Assembly (NCBI GenBank): GCA_016784385.1
Contig: JADHUT010000004.1
Coordinates: forward strand, 1-49,540
Source: Candidatus Microgenomates bacterium
Lineage (GTDB): Bacteria > Patescibacteriota > Microgenomatia > UBA8517
DNA length: 49,540 nt
Reading direction: 5' to 3'
Shown here: in pieces, positions 10,156-18,898 of the stretch
How the letters are laid out: every line of letters begins with the position of its first letter
How positions within the stretch are numbered: the first letter of the stretch is position 1
The notes under the pieces: generated by a model
What the model was told of the DNA's origin: nothing
Databases searched by the model: none
The model's input: only the letters and a program-made list of their open reading frames with translations
Made by a program: the position numbers and the translations under genes

Positions 10156-10947
10156 TTACAAATTTAATAGGCTAGCTGCTTCTTGATCTATCAAAAATGT
10201 TACGTTTGAGTGAAACCTTAAAAAAGAGGCTGGTGCATCTGGTCCAATTTCTCCTTCTAGAGTTCTTTTTATTCCTTCTGCTTTTTCAACACCCTTGGCG
10301 ATTAATATTATTTTCTTCCCTTCCAGAATATTTGCAATACCTTGAGTAATTGCTTTAGTCGGAACTTGATTTATATTTCCTTCGCAAAATCTTGCATTTG
10401 CTTGGATTGTTTCATTGTCGAGGTCAACTACTCTGGTTCTTGAATCAAGTTTTGAACCCCTTTCATTAAATGCAATATGACATGTTAATTCAGGTCCTAT
10501 TCCTAAGATAACCAAATCTGAAGGTCCAACTTCATTTAAAACTCGCTCATATCTAGCAGCTGCTTCGTGTGGATCAATTGCCGTACTGTCTGGTATGTGT
10601 CTTTGATTTGAAGGTATATTTACAAAGTTGAACCAATGTTCGTCCATAAAACGTTGATAACACAGTGAATGTCCGCTTGGAAGTGGCCAATATTGGTCTA
10701 AGTTCGTTGTGGTAATACCACTCATGTCCAATCCACTTCTATATTCTTTAATAGCAACCTGATAAGCACCAACTGGCGAAGATCCTGTAGCTGGAGTTAT
10801 AATTGAGTTAGGATTAGATTCAATCTGTGTTACCAATATTGATCCTGCTGCCAAATCCACTAACTCAGGTGTTGGTAAAATCAATACTTCAGGTTGATAT
10901 AGAGCTAAAATGTCTGGTTCATGTTGTGTTAATGTTTCTAAGGCCAT
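10156..10947 (-). CDS. nagB: Glucosamine-6-phosphate deaminase
   Basis: PATGSSP, NLDQY, LGIG..HIAFNE, AITQGI, GPDAPASFLRFH motifs. Confidence 0.92.
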   Translation of the reverse strand: MALETLTQHEPDILALYQPEVLILPTPELVDLAAGSILVTQIESNPNSIITPATGSSPVGAYQVAIKEYRSGLDMSGITTTNLDQYWPLPSGHSLCYQRFMDEHWFNFVNIPSNQRHIPDSTAIDPHEAAARYERVLNEVGPSDLVILGIGPELTCHIAFNERGSKLDSRTRVVDLDNETIQANARFCEGNINQVPTKAITQGIANILEGKKIILIAKGVEKAEGIKRTLEGEIGPDAPASFLRFHSNVTFLIDQEAASLLNL

Positions 10948-10970
10948 ATGTTTGACAATATTGTTTTTGT

Positions 10971-11201
10971 TTATTGATCTCTTTCTGAAGCAGTTCCTGC
11001 TATATCTTTTCTTCTACTAATAGGTGCGATTCTGTTTCGATTAGCAACTAGTAAATAATCTTTGGTATTTTGTCTTTGAAATGAGTTTTTGATAGAAGAC
11101 AGCTCTATACCTAGTCGGTTTTTTCTTTTTGCCTTCTTATAATAACGAGTGTTCTGCTCTTGGAGTTCTTTGATTTCAGCCTGTGTCAATTCAACTGGCA
11201 T
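10971..11201 (-). CDS. Small hypothetical protein
   Basis: 76-aa ORF filling the gap, co-oriented with nagB. Confidence 0.45.
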   Translation of the reverse strand: MPVELTQAEIKELQEQNTRYYKKAKRKNRLGIELSSIKNSFQRQNTKDYLLVANRNRIAPISRRKDIAGTASERDQ

Positions 11202-11271
11202 ATTTACATCCGATAATATGATTATTTTGAATGTTTGTCAATAGATATCGTTTTAAATACAAAAGTTGTGA

Positions 11272-11431
11272 TGGTAAGCAAAGCTTGGCCAGTCAAGGCC
11301 CTGGTAAGCAAAGCTTGGCCAATTAAAGTCTTGGTAAGCAAAGCTTGGCCAATTAAAGTCTTGGTAAGCAAAGCTTGGCCAGTCAAGGCCCTGGTAAGCA
11401 AAGCTTGGCCATTTTTTCGCCGAAATGGTAA
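11272..11431 (+). repeat. Tandem array of five double-hairpin units (four of 30 bp, one of 34 bp)
   Basis: TGGTAAGCAAAGCTTGGCCA at 11272, 11302, 11332, 11362 and 11392; variable parts GTCAAGGCCC, ATTAAAGTCT, ATTAAAGTCT, GTCAAGGCCC, TTTTTTCGCCGAAA; closes with TGGTAA at 11426-11431. Confidence 0.97.
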
Positions 11432-11446
11432 AATATAATAGTAAGC

Positions 11447-12721
11447 GTGAAAAAAACAAAAAGAGTTTATTTTGCCTCGAAGATGAAAGTTCATTTTATG
11501 GGTATAGGAGGCAGTGGTATGAGTGGTGTTGCCATGCTAGCCTCAAAGATGGGTTACAGTGTAACTGGATGTGATCTAGAAGGCTCAACTGCTTACCAAA
11601 AGAAAGTTTCAAAGGGTCACAGTAAAGATCATTTGAAAGATATTGATCTATTAGTGGTATCTCCTGCCGTAATTTATCAAAATAAAAAGCATCTTGAATA
11701 CTCAACTGCTAAAACCAGAAAAATGGTAATGACCTGGCAAGAGTTTTTAGGCAAATACTTAATGAAAGATAAAAAGGTTATTGCGGTTACTGGAACCCAT
11801 GGAAAGTCCACAACAACTGCGATGGTGGGTAAGATGCTTGTAGACGTTGAATTTGACCCCTCTGTAGTGGTTGGTGCAAGGGTTGAAGAGTGGAGTGGAA
11901 ATGCAAGGTATGGGAAAAGTGATTGGTTTGTTGTTGAAGCAGATGAATTTTTTGATAATTTTTTGCATTACAGTCCAGATGTCATCATTTTGAACAACAT
12001 CGAGTTTGACCATCCAGATTATTTCAAAGATGAGGATCAAGTTTTGGAAAGTTACAAAAAATTTATTTCTAACTTAAAAAAAGGTGGAAAGATCATTGCA
12101 AATAAGACTCCGCTAAACATTAAACCAATAAAAACAAACAGAACCTTTAATTTAAAAGTAATGGGTGAGCACAATCAACAAAATGCTCGTATGGTTTTCG
12201 CGTTAGGAAAATATCTAAATATTCCTGAAAAAAAGATTGTGAATTCCATAGAGAACTTTGAAGGGATCGGCAGAAGGATGCAACTATTGGGTAGAAGTAA
12301 AACCGGTTTTATCATTTATGATGATTATGCCCATCACCCAACTGCCATTAAGACAACTTTGGAGGGTTTGAGGGCTGAGTATAAACAAAGCTTGGCCAGT
12401 TACACTGGTAAAAAAATCTGGGCAATTATAGAAGCTCATGGTTATTCAAGAACTTCCAAGCTGTTGGAACAGTATAAAGGGGTGTTTGATGGTGTGGACG
12501 GAGTAATTGTGGGACCCATTTTCAAAGCAAGAGACAAGAGTACATTTGGAATGACACCAAAGAGTATTGTTTCGGTTTCAGCTCATAACAATATATTTGC
12601 TGTTGATGATTTCAAAAAAATTGCTGATTTGGTACGAAGTAAAGTGGGGTCAGATGATATTGTAATAGTAATGGGGGCCGGCAAAAGTTATACATGGGCC
12701 AAGGAACTTTTAAAAATATGA
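11447..12721 (+). CDS. murC: UDP-N-acetylmuramate-L-alanine ligase
   Basis: HFMGIGGSGMSG, GTHGKSTT, EADE, NIEFDHPD, DDYAHHPT, MGAG; the true start may be ATG 11483. Confidence 0.95.
   Translation: MKKTKRVYFASKMKVHFMGIGGSGMSGVAMLASKMGYSVTGCDLEGSTAYQKKVSKGHSKDHLKDIDLLVVSPAVIYQNKKHLEYSTAKTRKMVMTWQEFLGKYLMKDKKVIAVTGTHGKSTTTAMVGKMLVDVEFDPSVVVGARVEEWSGNARYGKSDWFVVEADEFFDNFLHYSPDVIILNNIEFDHPDYFKDEDQVLESYKKFISNLKKGGKIIANKTPLNIKPIKTNRTFNLKVMGEHNQQNARMVFALGKYLNIPEKKIVNSIENFEGIGRRMQLLGRSKTGFIIYDDYAHHPTAIKTTLEGLRAEYKQSLASYTGKKIWAIIEAHGYSRTSKLLEQYKGVFDGVDGVIVGPIFKARDKSTFGMTPKSIVSVSAHNNIFAVDDFKKIADLVRSKVGSDDIVIVMGAGKSYTWAKELLKI
12382..12411 (+). repeat. 27-bp double-hairpin element inserted in frame in murC
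   Basis: TAA-ACAAAGCTTG-GCCAGT-TAC-ACTGG-TAA; adds QSLASYTGK. Confidence 0.88.
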
Positions 12722-13713
12722 AAAAATATAAATTTAGAGATTTGACAACGTTTAGGATTGGTGGAGAAATTAAATATTTTTTTGATGTTAAAAATGAAAG
12801 AGAGTTGGTAAAGAAAGTTGTTTTTGCCAAGAGCAAAAACTTGCCAATTTTTGTAATTGGAGGGGGAAGTGATATTTTAGTTTCTGACGAAAAATATAAT
12901 GGGGTGGTAATTAGATACATAGGTAAGAATATAGAATATCAAGATAACTTAGTCACTGCAGAGGCTGGTGCTTCGTGGGATGATTTGGTGGCGAGTGTGG
13001 TGAAGAAGAATTTGGGGGGAATTGAGAGTCTCTCTGGGATACCTGGATCTGTTGGAGCCGCTCCTATTCAAAACATTGGTGCATATGGTCAAGAACTCTC
13101 AGATGTCTTTGTGAGTTTGGATGCTTATGATATTGAAAATCAAAAATTTGTAAAGTTGAACAAAAGTGATTGTAAATTTGGTTACAGAGACAGTCTTTTC
13201 AAAAAAAGAGATTATTGGCAAAAATATATAATCACAAAAGTTACACTAAAGCTGCAAAAGAACAAAAAACCAATCGTTAAATATAAATCTATTATTGACA
13301 GCTTGCCAAAAAATTATTCATTAAAACAAGTTAGAGAGTTAATAATTAAAACCAGAAATGAAAAGTTAGATGATTGGAAAAGTATCCCAAATGCAGGATC
13401 TTTTTTCAAAAATCCCACATTATCTAAAAAAGAAATTACCAAGTTGAGAGAAAAATACCCAGATATTAAATGCTTTGATAATAAAGATGGTACTTCTAAG
13501 TGTTTTGCTGGTTGGTTTATACAGAATGCTGGTTGGTTGGGAAAATCTTATAAAAATGCAAAAGTATCAGACAAACATGCACTTGTTTTAACAAACCCGA
13601 AAGGTAGAGCTACTTCCAAAGAAATTGTTGAGTTGGCAGAAAAAATACAAGAAAGTGTTTTTATAAAGTTTGGAGTAAAGTTAGAACCAGAAGTACAATA
13701 TATAAATTTTTAA
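12718..13713 (+). CDS. murB: UDP-N-acetylenolpyruvoylglucosamine reductase
   Basis: TTFRIGG, GGGSD, GIPGSVG, QNIGAYG, FGYRDS, NAGSFFKNP, HALVL, LEPE; start ATG 12718. Confidence 0.96.
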   Translation: MKKYKFRDLTTFRIGGEIKYFFDVKNERELVKKVVFAKSKNLPIFVIGGGSDILVSDEKYNGVVIRYIGKNIEYQDNLVTAEAGASWDDLVASVVKKNLGGIESLSGIPGSVGAAPIQNIGAYGQELSDVFVSLDAYDIENQKFVKLNKSDCKFGYRDSLFKKRDYWQKYIITKVTLKLQKNKKPIVKYKSIIDSLPKNYSLKQVRELIIKTRNEKLDDWKSIPNAGSFFKNPTLSKKEITKLREKYPDIKCFDNKDGTSKCFAGWFIQNAGWLGKSYKNAKVSDKHALVLTNPKGRATSKEIVELAEKIQESVFIKFGVKLEPEVQYINF

Positions 13714-13718
13714 AAATC

Positions 13719-14555
13719 ATGGATAAAAAAGGATTAATTCTCTTTCAAGAAAAACAAATAAGAAGAGTATGGCATCAAAAAGAGTGGTGGTTTTCTGTTG
13801 TAGACGTTGTCGAAGCATTGACTGAAAGTGTTGATTCTAAAGACTATTGGTTCAAAATGAAAATTCGTGTTAAGGGTTCAGATGGTGTTGAACTATCGAC
13901 AATTTGTCGACAGTTGAAATTGAAAGCACTTGATGGGAAGTTAAGAATGACAGACTGCTCAAATACTGGTGGCTTATTACGGATTATTCAATCAATTCCG
14001 TCTCCTAAAGCAGAACCTTTCAAGTTATGGTTGGCCCAGGTTGGAAAAGAGCGATTAGAGGAAATTGAAAATCCGGAACTTGCCCAAGAAAGAATGAAAA
14101 AAATTTATGAATTAAAAGGATATTCAAAAGGTTGGATAGAAAAAAGACTAAGGGGAATTGCAATTAGACAAGATTTGACTGATGAGTGGAGACAAAGAGG
14201 GGTAAAACAACAAAGTGATTATGCGATATTGACTGCTGAAATTTCTAAAGCTACTTTTGGAATGACTCCTGGTCAATATAAGAAATATAAAAAGATCCCT
14301 GGCAAAAGTAAAATAAATTTAAGAGACAATATGACAGATTTGGAATTAATTTTTACTATGCTAGGGGAGCGAGTAACTATAGAAATTTCAAAAAAAGAGA
14401 AACCAAGAAGCTTTACTTCAAATAAGTTGGTAGCAAATAGAGGAGGTTCGGTTGCTGGTTACGCAAGAGAAGAAACTGAGAAAGAAATTGGAAATAGTGT
14501 TATAACTAAAAAAAATTATTTACCAAAAAGAAAACCAATTAATAAATTGAAATAA
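13719..14555 (+). CDS. Bro-N domain protein (phage antirepressor-like), copy 1
   Basis: IRRVW..WWFSVVDVV, RIIQSIPSPKAEPFKLWLA, NLRDNMT motifs. Confidence 0.85.
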   Translation: MDKKGLILFQEKQIRRVWHQKEWWFSVVDVVEALTESVDSKDYWFKMKIRVKGSDGVELSTICRQLKLKALDGKLRMTDCSNTGGLLRIIQSIPSPKAEPFKLWLAQVGKERLEEIENPELAQERMKKIYELKGYSKGWIEKRLRGIAIRQDLTDEWRQRGVKQQSDYAILTAEISKATFGMTPGQYKKYKKIPGKSKINLRDNMTDLELIFTMLGERVTIEISKKEKPRSFTSNKLVANRGGSVAGYAREETEKEIGNSVITKKNYLPKRKPINKLK

Positions 14556-15832
14556 TGAATTACAAAAATAAGCACTGCTTGGCCAGTTACATTGGTAAAA
14601 AAATTGCAATTTTGGGTCATGGAATTGAAGGACAGGATGCTGAAAAGTTTTTGAAAAAACAAGGAGCTTTGATTACAGTTTTAGATCAAAAAGCCGACAA
14701 AAATTATTTAAAGAATCTGGAAAGGTTTGATATGATTGTCCGTTCACCTGGTGTATATAGGTACAAGAAAGAAATAGTAAAGGCTCAAAAAAGTGGGGTT
14801 AGAATCGCCTCACCTATACACATTTTTTTTGATGAATTTGGTGGAATCATAATTGGGGTTACGGGTACAAAGGGAAAAGGAACGACCTCAACCCTAATTT
14901 GCGATATTTTGAGAAAATCAGGAAGTGATGTATTTTTGGCTGGTAATATTGGCAAGCCTTTTTTAGAACTCCTTCCAAAGTTAAATAGTAAATCAATAGT
15001 GGTGTTAGAACTTTCTTCATTTCAGCTAATTGATTTGACCGTCAGCCCTGATATTGCAGTTGTATTAAATATAACGTCAGACCACTTGGATTGGCACAAA
15101 AACCAAAAGGAGTATGTTGAAGCTAAAACAAATATTGTAAAACATCAAAATTCTGATGACTGGGCAGTAATAAACAAAGAATACAAAGTGTCCAAAAGTT
15201 TTGCAAAATTAACTAAAGCAAACAAGATTTTCTTTTCTAAAAATACTCTTGAGAAAGAATATAAAAAAGGATTGAAGTTAAAAGGAGAGCACAACTTGGA
15301 AAATATTGCAGCTGCTGTGTCTGTTGCCAAAATATTAAACATTAAAAAAGAAATTATTCAAAAAGTTGTGAAAAATTTCAAAGGATTGGAACATAGATTG
15401 GAATTAGTCAAAACAGTAAATGGAATAACTTTTTATAACGATTCATTTGCAACTGGACCACAACCCACAATTGCTGCGATAAGGTCGTTTTCAGAACCAA
15501 TTACTCTAATACTTGGTGGGTCTGAAAAAGGACATGGTTTTAGTGAACTTGCCGGTGAAATAACAAAGAGCAGTGTTTCAAATGTTGTAGTTATTGGTGA
15601 AATCAGAGAGAAAATTATAAAAGCTTTAACAAAGGCAAAATTCCAAGGCGATGTGCACGATTTAGGTACACAAACGATGAAAAAAATAGTGATTAAAACT
15701 CTCAAAACAACTCCAAAAGGTGGAGTTGTCATTTTGTCTCCAGCAGCAGCATCTTTTGACATGTTTGATAATTACAAAGATAGAGGAAATCAATTTAAGA
15801 AAGAAGTACAAAAACTACATGGGAGCAAGTGA
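14555..15832 (+). CDS. murD: UDP-MurNAc-L-Ala-D-glutamate ligase
   Basis: RSPG, GTKGKGTT, GNIG, ELSSFQL, DHLDWH, HRLE, NDS, LSPAAASFD, RG motifs. Confidence 0.96.
   Translation: MNYKNKHCLASYIGKKIAILGHGIEGQDAEKFLKKQGALITVLDQKADKNYLKNLERFDMIVRSPGVYRYKKEIVKAQKSGVRIASPIHIFFDEFGGIIIGVTGTKGKGTTSTLICDILRKSGSDVFLAGNIGKPFLELLPKLNSKSIVVLELSSFQLIDLTVSPDIAVVLNITSDHLDWHKNQKEYVEAKTNIVKHQNSDDWAVINKEYKVSKSFAKLTKANKIFFSKNTLEKEYKKGLKLKGEHNLENIAAAVSVAKILNIKKEIIQKVVKNFKGLEHRLELVKTVNGITFYNDSFATGPQPTIAAIRSFSEPITLILGGSEKGHGFSELAGEITKSSVSNVVVIGEIREKIIKALTKAKFQGDVHDLGTQTMKKIVIKTLKTTPKGGVVILSPAAASFDMFDNYKDRGNQFKKEVQKLHGSK
14569..14598 (+). repeat. 27-bp double-hairpin element inserted in frame in murD
   Basis: TAA-GCACTGCTTG-GCCAGT-TAC-ATTGG-TAA; removal restores the typical N-terminus MNYKNKKIAILG. 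Confidence 0.9.
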
Positions 15833-16598
15833 TTTGCCGATTGGAGTTTTTGATTCAGGTATCGGTGGATTAACTGTTGTAAAACAGTTAAAAAAAATCC
15901 TTCCAAAAGAAAATATAGTTTACTTGGGGGATACGGCAAGAGTTCCGTATGGTACAAGGAGTAAAAAAGTAATTGAGGAATTTGCATTGGAAGACCTTAG
16001 GTTTTTATTAAAAAGGAAAGTAAAATGTGTTGTAGTTGCATGTAACACTGTATCGGCACTAGCTTTAAAAAAAGTTAAAGATAATTCAAGTATGGTTGTG
16101 TTTGGGATGATTAACCCTGCAAATGCAAAGGCACTGAAAACCTCAAAAAATAAAAAGATCGGATTAGTTGGGACTAGGGCTACTGTTGGAAGCAATGCAT
16201 ATAAAAACATTTATATGAAAAGACATGCATCGCTTTTAGTACCACTGGTAGAGGAGGGGATAACAAAAGGGCCTGAACTTGATATTTTCATAAAAAAGTA
16301 TTTTAAAGATTTCAAAGGAAAAGTAGATACATTGATTCTAGGTTGTACACACTACCCAATCATCAAAAAAAGTATAGAAAAATATCTTGGACAGAATATA
16401 ACTTTAGTAGATCCAGCAGAAGAAATTGCAAAAGAAGTAAAAAAGTATCTAAAAGACAACAATCTATTAAATATACAGAAAATGAAAGGAAAAACTGAAT
16501 ACCACCTGACCGATTTAAATCCAAGATTTTTAAAAACTGCTAACAATTTTTTAGGCAATACCAACACAGCGATCAGTTTTAAACAGGTAGCTATCTGA
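15819..16598 (+). CDS. murI: Glutamate racemase
   Basis: FDSGIGG, PYG, ACNT, LGCTHY; start ATG 15819. Confidence 0.96.
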   Translation: MGASDLPIGVFDSGIGGLTVVKQLKKILPKENIVYLGDTARVPYGTRSKKVIEEFALEDLRFLLKRKVKCVVVACNTVSALALKKVKDNSSMVVFGMINPANAKALKTSKNKKIGLVGTRATVGSNAYKNIYMKRHASLLVPLVEEGITKGPELDIFIKKYFKDFKGKVDTLILGCTHYPIIKKSIEKYLGQNITLVDPAEEIAKEVKKYLKDNNLLNIQKMKGKTEYHLTDLNPRFLKTANNFLGNTNTAISFKQVAI

Positions 16599-16605
16599 TT
16601 TAAGA

Positions 16606-16818
16606 TTAACTGTCTATTACCTTAACTCCAACTTTTTCTGCAACCATTCTTAATGATGCAATTTGTGTTCTTTGGTTTTTTGGTATTTCACCTATTGCTT
16701 TATCAAACTTTTTGAATTGTAATTCATTTTCAAATTCCGCACCAAATCCACCACCTTGTGCACCGTTGGGTCTGATGTGAATAATTTTTTTATTTTCAGA
16801 TTGAGACAACTTAATCAC
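16606..16818 (-). CDS. Small hypothetical protein
   Basis: 70-aa antisense ORF filling the murI-murF gap; GTG start preceded by a purine-rich stretch. Confidence 0.45.
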   Translation of the reverse strand: MIKLSQSENKKIIHIRPNGAQGGGFGAEFENELQFKKFDKAIGEIPKNQRTQIASLRMVAEKVGVKVIDS

Positions 16819-16895
16819 CTCGCTCTCTAAACCGATAGTACAACAACTTTAAAAAAAATTCAACATTTTATGACTTAGATGTTAAAATACTGTCA

Positions 16896-18152
16896 ATGAG
16901 TATATTTGGAAGACTCAAAAAGATATTCTATTTCCCAATAGCTTACTATTTTGCAGTTTTTGCAAAAGTGAGGTTGTTGTTGTGGAAACCAATAGTTGTT
17001 GTAATAACTGGCTCAAGTGGCAAAACTACTCTACTACACATGATTGCTTCGCAATTGGGTGATACTGCCAAGTACTCATTTAAAGCTAATAGTTCATATG
17101 GAATACCTTTTGATATTTTGGGATTAAAAAGAGAAAGTCTAACTGTTTTAGAATGGCCAAAACTATTTTTATTTACTCCATTTATTGTATTTAAACCCCT
17201 CCCTAAACAAAAAATCTATATAGCAGAAGTAGATTGTGACAGAGTATTTGAAGGCAAGTTCTTAGGTAAGCTACTTAAACCCAACATTACTCTTTGGATT
17301 AATACCACAAAGACCCACAGTATGAATTTTGAAAGCAAGTCCAAACGAGTGGGTAAAGACATATTGAGCGTTATAACAGAGGAATTTGGGCAATTGGCCA
17401 AAAACACAAAAGACTTGGTGATTTACAATCAAGACTCCAAAAACCTCCAAAATTTTATAAAGAAAATGAAAGTAAAACAGTTGGGTGTTTCTAGGAAAGA
17501 TTTTGAAATTAAATACAATATAAGTTTCAAAGGAACTGAGTTTTACATAGATAAAACCAAGTATAGTTTTGCCTATTTACTCCCTGAAGTTACCTTTTAC
17601 CAGATAATAATGTGTTGTGAGTTAGTTAATTTACTTGGTACAAAGATGGATCTAAAGTTTAAAAATTTTAAAGCTCCCCCGGGGAGAAGTTCAATCTTCA
17701 AGGGAATTAGAAATACTACATTGGTGGATAGTACGTATAATTCAAATCTTGATTCAATGAAGGTAATTTTGCAGTTGTTTGATCAGTTGAAGTCGGAAAA
17801 TAAATGGATTGTAGTGGGAGATATGTTGGAACAAGGCAAAAACGAGATTGAAGAACATAAAAAACTGGCTGAAATTATTAACACATACAATTTTGACAAA
17901 GTAGTATTGATGGGCCCAAGGGTTGGGAAAATAGTTAGTCCTTTGGTTGAAAATAGTGTAGTTTTTGAAATGCCCGATAAAGTTTTGAGTTTTTTGAAAG
18001 AGAATTTAAAAGGCGAAGAAGCAATCCTATTTAAAGGAGCAAGGTTTTTGGAAGGTGTAGTTGGAGCACTACTTTTGAATAAATCAAATTCTAAAAATTT
18101 GGTAAGAAGAGAAAAAGTATGGCAAAAAAGAAGGGAGAAGTTTGGATTATAG
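16896..18152 (+). CDS. murF: UDP-MurNAc-tripeptide:D-Ala-D-Ala ligase-like Mur ligase
   Basis: ITGSSGKTT, PPGR, DSTYNSN, GDMLEQG, FKG motifs; lacks the N-terminal domain. Confidence 0.8.
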   Translation: MSIFGRLKKIFYFPIAYYFAVFAKVRLLLWKPIVVVITGSSGKTTLLHMIASQLGDTAKYSFKANSSYGIPFDILGLKRESLTVLEWPKLFLFTPFIVFKPLPKQKIYIAEVDCDRVFEGKFLGKLLKPNITLWINTTKTHSMNFESKSKRVGKDILSVITEEFGQLAKNTKDLVIYNQDSKNLQNFIKKMKVKQLGVSRKDFEIKYNISFKGTEFYIDKTKYSFAYLLPEVTFYQIIMCCELVNLLGTKMDLKFKNFKAPPGRSSIFKGIRNTTLVDSTYNSNLDSMKVILQLFDQLKSENKWIVVGDMLEQGKNEIEEHKKLAEIINTYNFDKVVLMGPRVGKIVSPLVENSVVFEMPDKVLSFLKENLKGEEAILFKGARFLEGVVGALLLNKSNSKNLVRREKVWQKRREKFGL

Positions 18153-18188
18153 CAAAATTGACAATTTTGATATATTGATTATATCGCC

Positions 18189-18887
18189 ATGACGACAGAC
18201 AAAAAAATATTTGTACTTCCAGGTTGGGCGTATGAAACAAAAAAGTGGGATGAATTTATTGGTATGTTGAGAAAAGATGGTTTCAATCCTATTTTACTTT
18301 CCATACCTGGTTTGACTGAAAAAATAGAAAAACCTTGGAATATAGACGATTATGTAAATTGGCTCTCAAGTAAACTCAAAAATGAAAGTCAGGTTTTTTT
18401 GATAGGACACTCCAATGGTGGGAGAATTGCACTTTCATATATTTTGTCAAATCCTAAAAAAATTTCTAAATTAGTCCTCTTGGATAGTGCAGGTATTTAT
18501 CACAACGAAGTACCCATCAGACTTAAAAGAACACTTTTTAAATACCTGGCCAAATTAGGCAAAAGTGTCACAAAGTCAGATACATTGAAAAATTTGATGT
18601 ATAAATTTGCAAGAGAGAGTGATTACAACCAAGCTCCAGAAATAATGAAAAAAACCATGCAGAACCTAATTAGTCATGACTTGACCCAGAACTTACAAAA
18701 AATTAGAACAAATACATTAATTTTATGGGGACATGACGACAAAGTTACACCACTTTCTGATGGAAAGATGATGGAGAAGAACTTGCCAAACTCAAGACTT
18801 GAAATTGTAAAGGATGCTCGGCATTCACCTCAATTTTCTCACACTGAAAATGTAGTTAAAATAATCGACGAATTTTTCAAAAAATAA
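18189..18887 (+). CDS. Alpha/beta-fold hydrolase
   Basis: GHSNGG nucleophile elbow, WGHDD acid residue, ARHSP histidine. Confidence 0.88.
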   Translation: MTTDKKIFVLPGWAYETKKWDEFIGMLRKDGFNPILLSIPGLTEKIEKPWNIDDYVNWLSSKLKNESQVFLIGHSNGGRIALSYILSNPKKISKLVLLDSAGIYHNEVPIRLKRTLFKYLAKLGKSVTKSDTLKNLMYKFARESDYNQAPEIMKKTMQNLISHDLTQNLQKIRTNTLILWGHDDKVTPLSDGKMMEKNLPNSRLEIVKDARHSPQFSHTENVVKIIDEFFKK

Positions 18888-18898
18888 ATATTATAAAT

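Noticed and set aside
11272..11431. CRISPR array
   Set aside because: The constant part is only 20 bp, the 'spacers' are 10-14 nt, duplicated and base-paired with the repeat, there are no cas genes in the window, and solo copies sit inside genes.
11222..11494. Repeat-containing ORFs (11235-11438 +, 11222-11494 -, 11253-11459 -)
   Set aside because: Open frames arise because the 30-bp unit lacks stops in several frames; there is no protein motif or other support.
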